From Parcubacteria group bacterium (GTDB lineage: Bacteria > Patescibacteriota > Minisyncoccia > Moranbacterales > UBA9337): DNA of 64,000 nucleotides. Under the pieces are notes generated by a model. It did no database searches. It worked only from the letters and a program-made list of their open reading frames with translations, and had not been told where the DNA came from. Location of the stretch: positions 75,454-139,453 of the forward strand of contig JBAZSW010000004.1 in the NCBI GenBank assembly GCA_041662245.1, given 5' to 3'. The position numbers and the translations under genes were made by a program. Below are positions 60,238 through 64,000 of this stretch, piece by piece; the first letter of the stretch is position 1, and every line of letters starts with the position of its first letter.

Positions 60238-60471
60238 CTATTTCAACGGATCATAGCCCCCGTCATTCCAAGGATGACATCGAATGATTCTCTTTAAGCC
60301 AATCCAAGCTCCTTTGATAACACCATATTTGTCTATAGCTTCATAAGTATATTGTGAACAAGTAGGATGAAAGCGACAAAATCTTTCCGAAAAAAAATAT
60401 CTTAAAAAACTTTGGTCGGGGGACAAAAACTTCTGATAAAATCTGATTAAAATCAAGGCTATTTTTTTCAT
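60238..60471 (-). CDS. yidD: Membrane protein insertion efficiency factor
   Basis: [23 protein letters not shown]. Confidence 0.95.
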   Translation of the reverse strand: MKKIALILIRFYQKFLSPDQSFLRYFFSERFCRFHPTCSQYTYEAIDKYGVIKGAWIGLKRIIRCHPWNDGGYDPLK

Positions 60472-60585
60472 TTAAATCTCCTACTTGCATTTTGCAAATA
60501 AGCCAAATAAGTTATATAATAATGATATATGTTTTCTCAAAAAAATTCCAGTTTATTTGAGAAGATTTAATTATATAAAACAAAA

Positions 60586-61494
60586 ATGAAAAAGACTTCC
60601 TTTCACAATATTACTTGGATAGATTTCGAAAATCCCGATGCTTCCAGCACTCGTTACTTACAAGAAAACTTCAATATTCATCCATTGGCTATTGAAGAGT
60701 TTGTTACGCCCACCATTCGACCCAAAGCAACTGTTTATCCTAACTGTATTTTTCTTACCTTGCACATTCCTCTTTATGATACAGTTGAACGAACTACATA
60801 TCCTGGGGAACTGGATATTGTACTTACCAAGGATCATCTTATCACAGGACATGATCATAAAATTTTTCAGCTTACTGATTTTTTTGAAAAATTGCAGAGT
60901 AGCGAAGGGAAAAAAAGGATTTACATGAGTGCTACTCCTGCCCACCTCCTATATTACCTTATCGAAACTCTCATTGAATCTTGTTTTCCTAGATTAGATC
61001 ACATTCATAAGAATATTGATATTATTGAAAACCATGTTTTTAACGGGGAAGAGAAAGAAATGGTGAGAGAGATTTCTATTGCCAAAAGAGACGTCCTAAA
61101 TTTTAGGAGAGCGCTAAAGCCACAACGATCGATTTTGGAGTCCCTCGCTCAAATGGACACAAAAATTATCAGCAAAGATTTAAAAGATTATTATCAAAAT
61201 TTAGTAGGAACTAATATCAGATTATGGAGCTCTCTGGAAAGTGCCAAAGAAACCATTGAATCATTAGAAGAAACCAACAATTCTCTCCTATCCAATAAGC
61301 TAGATGTAACCATGAAAGTTTTGACAATTTTTTCAGCTGTGATGCTTCCCATGACTGTTTATTCCAATATTTTAGCTATGAGCGCTGATATTCCTTTTGG
61401 AAATAATCCTTATGGATTTTGGATTCATATGGGAATAATGTTTATATTATCGATACTTACCATACTATTATTTAAGATTAAAAAGTGGATCTAG
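60586..61494 (+). CDS. corA: CorA-family Mg/Co transporter (GMN motif appears as AMS)
   Basis: ITWIDFENP, IHPLAIEE, MKVLTIFSAVMLPMT, two C-terminal TM segments. Confidence 0.85.
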   Translation: MKKTSFHNITWIDFENPDASSTRYLQENFNIHPLAIEEFVTPTIRPKATVYPNCIFLTLHIPLYDTVERTTYPGELDIVLTKDHLITGHDHKIFQLTDFFEKLQSSEGKKRIYMSATPAHLLYYLIETLIESCFPRLDHIHKNIDIIENHVFNGEEKEMVREISIAKRDVLNFRRALKPQRSILESLAQMDTKIISKDLKDYYQNLVGTNIRLWSSLESAKETIESLEETNNSLLSNKLDVTMKVLTIFSAVMLPMTVYSNILAMSADIPFGNNPYGFWIHMGIMFILSILTILLFKIKKWI

Positions 61495-61502
61495 ACAAAA
61501 AA

Positions 61503-61643
61503 ATTTTGAATTTCAAATTTTGAATTTTGATTCAAGTCTTAATTTTTTAATATTAAAAAAACGCCTTGTTAAAAACTGCTATTTATAAAAAATATTTTCT
61601 ATCATTATTCCATTGGAAATTCATTCAAAATTTAAAATTTAAA
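61503..61643. repeat. Empty inverted heptamer-arm element
   Basis: attttgaatttcaaattttgaattttgattcaa ... attcattcaaaatttaaaatttaaa. Confidence 0.65.
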
Positions 61644-61649
61644 TAAGTT

Positions 61650-63077
61650 ATGCTACATATTTATAACAAACTCACTAACCAAAAAGAGGAATTTATTCCG
61701 ATAAATCCAGGAAAGATTGGAATGTACGTTTGCGGACCGACTGTTTATGATCATTGCCATTTAGGTCATGGACGAGGCTATGTGGCGATGGACATGATTC
61801 GTAAATATTTAGAATATTCCGGCTATGAGGTACGCTACATTATGAATTACACTGATGTAGGACATTTGACTGATAACGCTGATAATGGTGAAGATAAAAT
61901 TGAAAAAAAAGCTAAAAAAGAAAAAATCGATCCGCTTGAAATCGCTGATTTTTACATTCAATCTTGCGAGGAAGATTTTAAAGCTCTTAATATTAAATCA
62001 GCTTCTTTCTATCCCCGCCCCACTAAATATATCGACAAAATGATAGATTTTATCAAGCGCCTAATCAAAAAGGGGTTTGCCTATGAAGCCAATGGATCTG
62101 TTTATTTTTCAGTAAAAGAATTTCCTGATTATGGAAAGCTTTCCGGTCGGAAAACAGATGAATTATTGGCAGGAGCACGAGTAGAGATAGATAGCGACAA
62201 AAAAAATCCTCTCGACTTTGCGCTTTGGATAAAAGCTGACAACGACCATATTTTAAAATGGGACAGTCCTTGGAGCGTTGGCTACCCCGGCTGGCATATT
62301 GAATGTAGCGTAATGAGTTGTGATTTGTTAGGAGAAAATACTTTTGATATCCACGGTGGAGGCAACGAAAATGCTTTTCCTCATAATGAAAATGAAATTG
62401 CGCAAAGCGAATCTTTGACGGGACAAAAAATGGCTAATTATTGGGTGCTTTGGAATATGGTTAATGTTGATGGTGTTAAAGCTAGTAAATCATTGGGCAA
62501 TGCCGTTTCGATTAAAGATGCTCTTAAAAATTATAATCCATCCACTATTCGACTTTGGATTGCTAGCTCTCATTATCGAAGCGTAATGAATTATAGCGAA
62601 AAATCTCTCCAACAAGCCCAAAAAAATCTAGAAAAAATATCCCAATTTATAAATAACATTCAAGATAAATTATCCAAATCCGATAGAAAAGAAGTTTCTG
62701 TTACTACTATCGATTTTGATTATTATCAAGAAAAATTTCAAGAAGCCATGAATGACGATTTTAATACTCCACTGGCATTGAGTGTTTTTTACGATTTAAT
62801 AACTCAAGTAAATAAATCAGAAAGAGAAAACAAAATTGCCACTGCTGATTTGGAAAATATTTTATCCTTCTGGAATAAAATAAATATGGTTTTTGGCCTC
62901 AATTCTCCATCTGAAAAAGAAGAAATCCCTTCAGAAATTATTCAGTTAGCTCAAGCGAGAGAGCAAGCCCGAAGCGATAAAAATTTTAAAGAAGCAGACA
63001 GCTTAAGAAACAAATTGAAAGAAAAAGGATTCAATATTGAAGATACAAATGAGGGGTTCAAGTTAACTAGAGAATAA
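61650..63077 (+). CDS. cysS: Cysteine--tRNA ligase
   Basis: MYVCGPTVYD..HLGH, DFALW, GYPGWHIECS, FPHNENE, KASKSLGN. Confidence 0.98.
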   Translation: MLHIYNKLTNQKEEFIPINPGKIGMYVCGPTVYDHCHLGHGRGYVAMDMIRKYLEYSGYEVRYIMNYTDVGHLTDNADNGEDKIEKKAKKEKIDPLEIADFYIQSCEEDFKALNIKSASFYPRPTKYIDKMIDFIKRLIKKGFAYEANGSVYFSVKEFPDYGKLSGRKTDELLAGARVEIDSDKKNPLDFALWIKADNDHILKWDSPWSVGYPGWHIECSVMSCDLLGENTFDIHGGGNENAFPHNENEIAQSESLTGQKMANYWVLWNMVNVDGVKASKSLGNAVSIKDALKNYNPSTIRLWIASSHYRSVMNYSEKSLQQAQKNLEKISQFINNIQDKLSKSDRKEVSVTTIDFDYYQEKFQEAMNDDFNTPLALSVFYDLITQVNKSERENKIATADLENILSFWNKINMVFGLNSPSEKEEIPSEIIQLAQAREQARSDKNFKEADSLRNKLKEKGFNIEDTNEGFKLTRE

Positions 63078-63119
63078 AAAATATTTTAAATATAATACGG
63101 GGTTTTAAAAAATAACTAA

Positions 63120-64000
63120 ATGACTTACGCAAAAACAATTTCAAAATTAATGACCATTCTTTTAGGACTAGCTCTTATCTTAAATATATTTCCTCTCAAT
63201 CTTTATGCAGATGAAGCTGCTAATACTAGCGATGAAGAACTTGAAAACGACCTAATCTTATATGAAAAATATCAGCAATACGAAAAATATGAGCATTATC
63301 AGGATTACAAAGATTACAAAAAAGCTAAAAATAAATATGGATTTGAAAGCTCTGCAGATAGAATTTCTGCCAAAAATGATTACGACCGCTATAAAGAAAC
63401 TAAAAATCAAATATATTATGCAGGTTATAAAAAATATAAAGGCTACAAAAATAAATACAAGCCTCTCACTAAATACGCTAAATATGGAAAATATTCTAAA
63501 TACGATAAAGATAGCTATAAGAAATATGGATCTAGCGAATATAAGAACGGTTACAATAGATATAAAAATTATTTAGCCTCTACCGGCAATGTTTCTGGCG
63601 ATCTAGGTGAAGCAGACTTAGGAGGTGGAGCACTGGGTCCGGAAATAACTGTGGGACTCTGGAATTATACTCGAGATGATTTGAGAGATTCCCCTTTTAA
63701 ACTTGAGGCTAATCGAGATTATACCATTAAAAATGGGGATGGTACTGTAGTTGGGCAAGTACTCGCTGGAGTGACTACTCGTGTGACTTATACCACTGAT
63801 GGAAATTTAAAAATTTATGGATCTATCACAGATACTCTTTCAGCTAAGGAAGTATTTTTTGAAGATACAGCAGGAGATAATTCTGCAATAATTTTCGATA
63901 TTTATCGCCCCAACTCTGATTTTGATCAATATCGAGGAAAAGTAAAATTACGCTATAATACTTCTAGCAAATTAACTTGGGTAATTAATACACTGTCTTT
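63120..64000 (+). CDS. Secreted protein with Tyr/Lys-rich region, probably SpoIID/LytB domain (runs off the right edge)
   Basis: Own translation MTYAKTISKLMTILLGLALILNIFPLNLYA...; ends QYRGKVKLRY...TWVINTLS, which resembles the SpoIID domain entry motif. Confidence 0.7.
   Translation, partial: MTYAKTISKLMTILLGLALILNIFPLNLYADEAANTSDEELENDLILYEKYQQYEKYEHYQDYKDYKKAKNKYGFESSADRISAKNDYDRYKETKNQIYYAGYKKYKGYKNKYKPLTKYAKYGKYSKYDKDSYKKYGSSEYKNGYNRYKNYLASTGNVSGDLGEADLGGGALGPEITVGLWNYTRDDLRDSPFKLEANRDYTIKNGDGTVVGQVLAGVTTRVTYTTDGNLKIYGSITDTLSAKEVFFEDTAGDNSAIIFDIYRPNSDFDQYRGKVKLRYNTSSKLTWVINTLS

Noticed and set aside
1812-60945. Numerous short antisense or overlapping ORFs in the track
   Set aside because: Shadows of well-supported genes
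9021-61643. Heptamer tracts as CRISPR arrays
   Set aside because: No constant repeat with unique spacers and no cas genes
63262-63576. 104-aa ORF from the track
   Set aside because: Alternative frame inside the longer signal-peptide ORF starting at 63120

Overview
AT-rich bacterial chromosomal segment read with genetic code 11 (TGA is used as a stop), most genes on the minus strand. Gene content and style (short SMC, DUF4012, DUF5671-like protein, truncated PEP-synthase-like protein, core genes without Shine-Dalgarno sites) suggest a Patescibacteria/CPR (Parcubacteria-type) genome; this is inference. Recognisable genes: smc, rnc, nusB, rpmF, rnhB, dnaE, dxs, uvrA, folD, recA, ftsK, fba, tpiA, proS, rseP, uppP, yidD, corA, cysS, plus two histidine kinases, tandem receiver proteins and glycosyltransferases. 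I found no rRNA, tRNA, CRISPR array, transposase or integrase. Three unexplained signals stand out. (1) Several families of tiny repeats (GTAG-REP-like, dRS3-like TGTCAT...ATCTC palindromes, GC hairpins, 7-bp tandem arms) lie between genes, nest in each other, and sit IN FRAME inside four enzyme genes (rnhB, folD, uppP, and three times in the PEP-synthase-like gene). (2) The 7-bp-repeat arms form inverted pairs, either empty or enclosing a cargo gene, and a class of orphan genes carries its own promoter, strong SD and terminator; two unrelated orphans share a similar leader. (3) A ~255-nt promoter-preceded structured RNA candidate lies upstream of dnaE. All family assignments are by eye from motifs; no database search was run.
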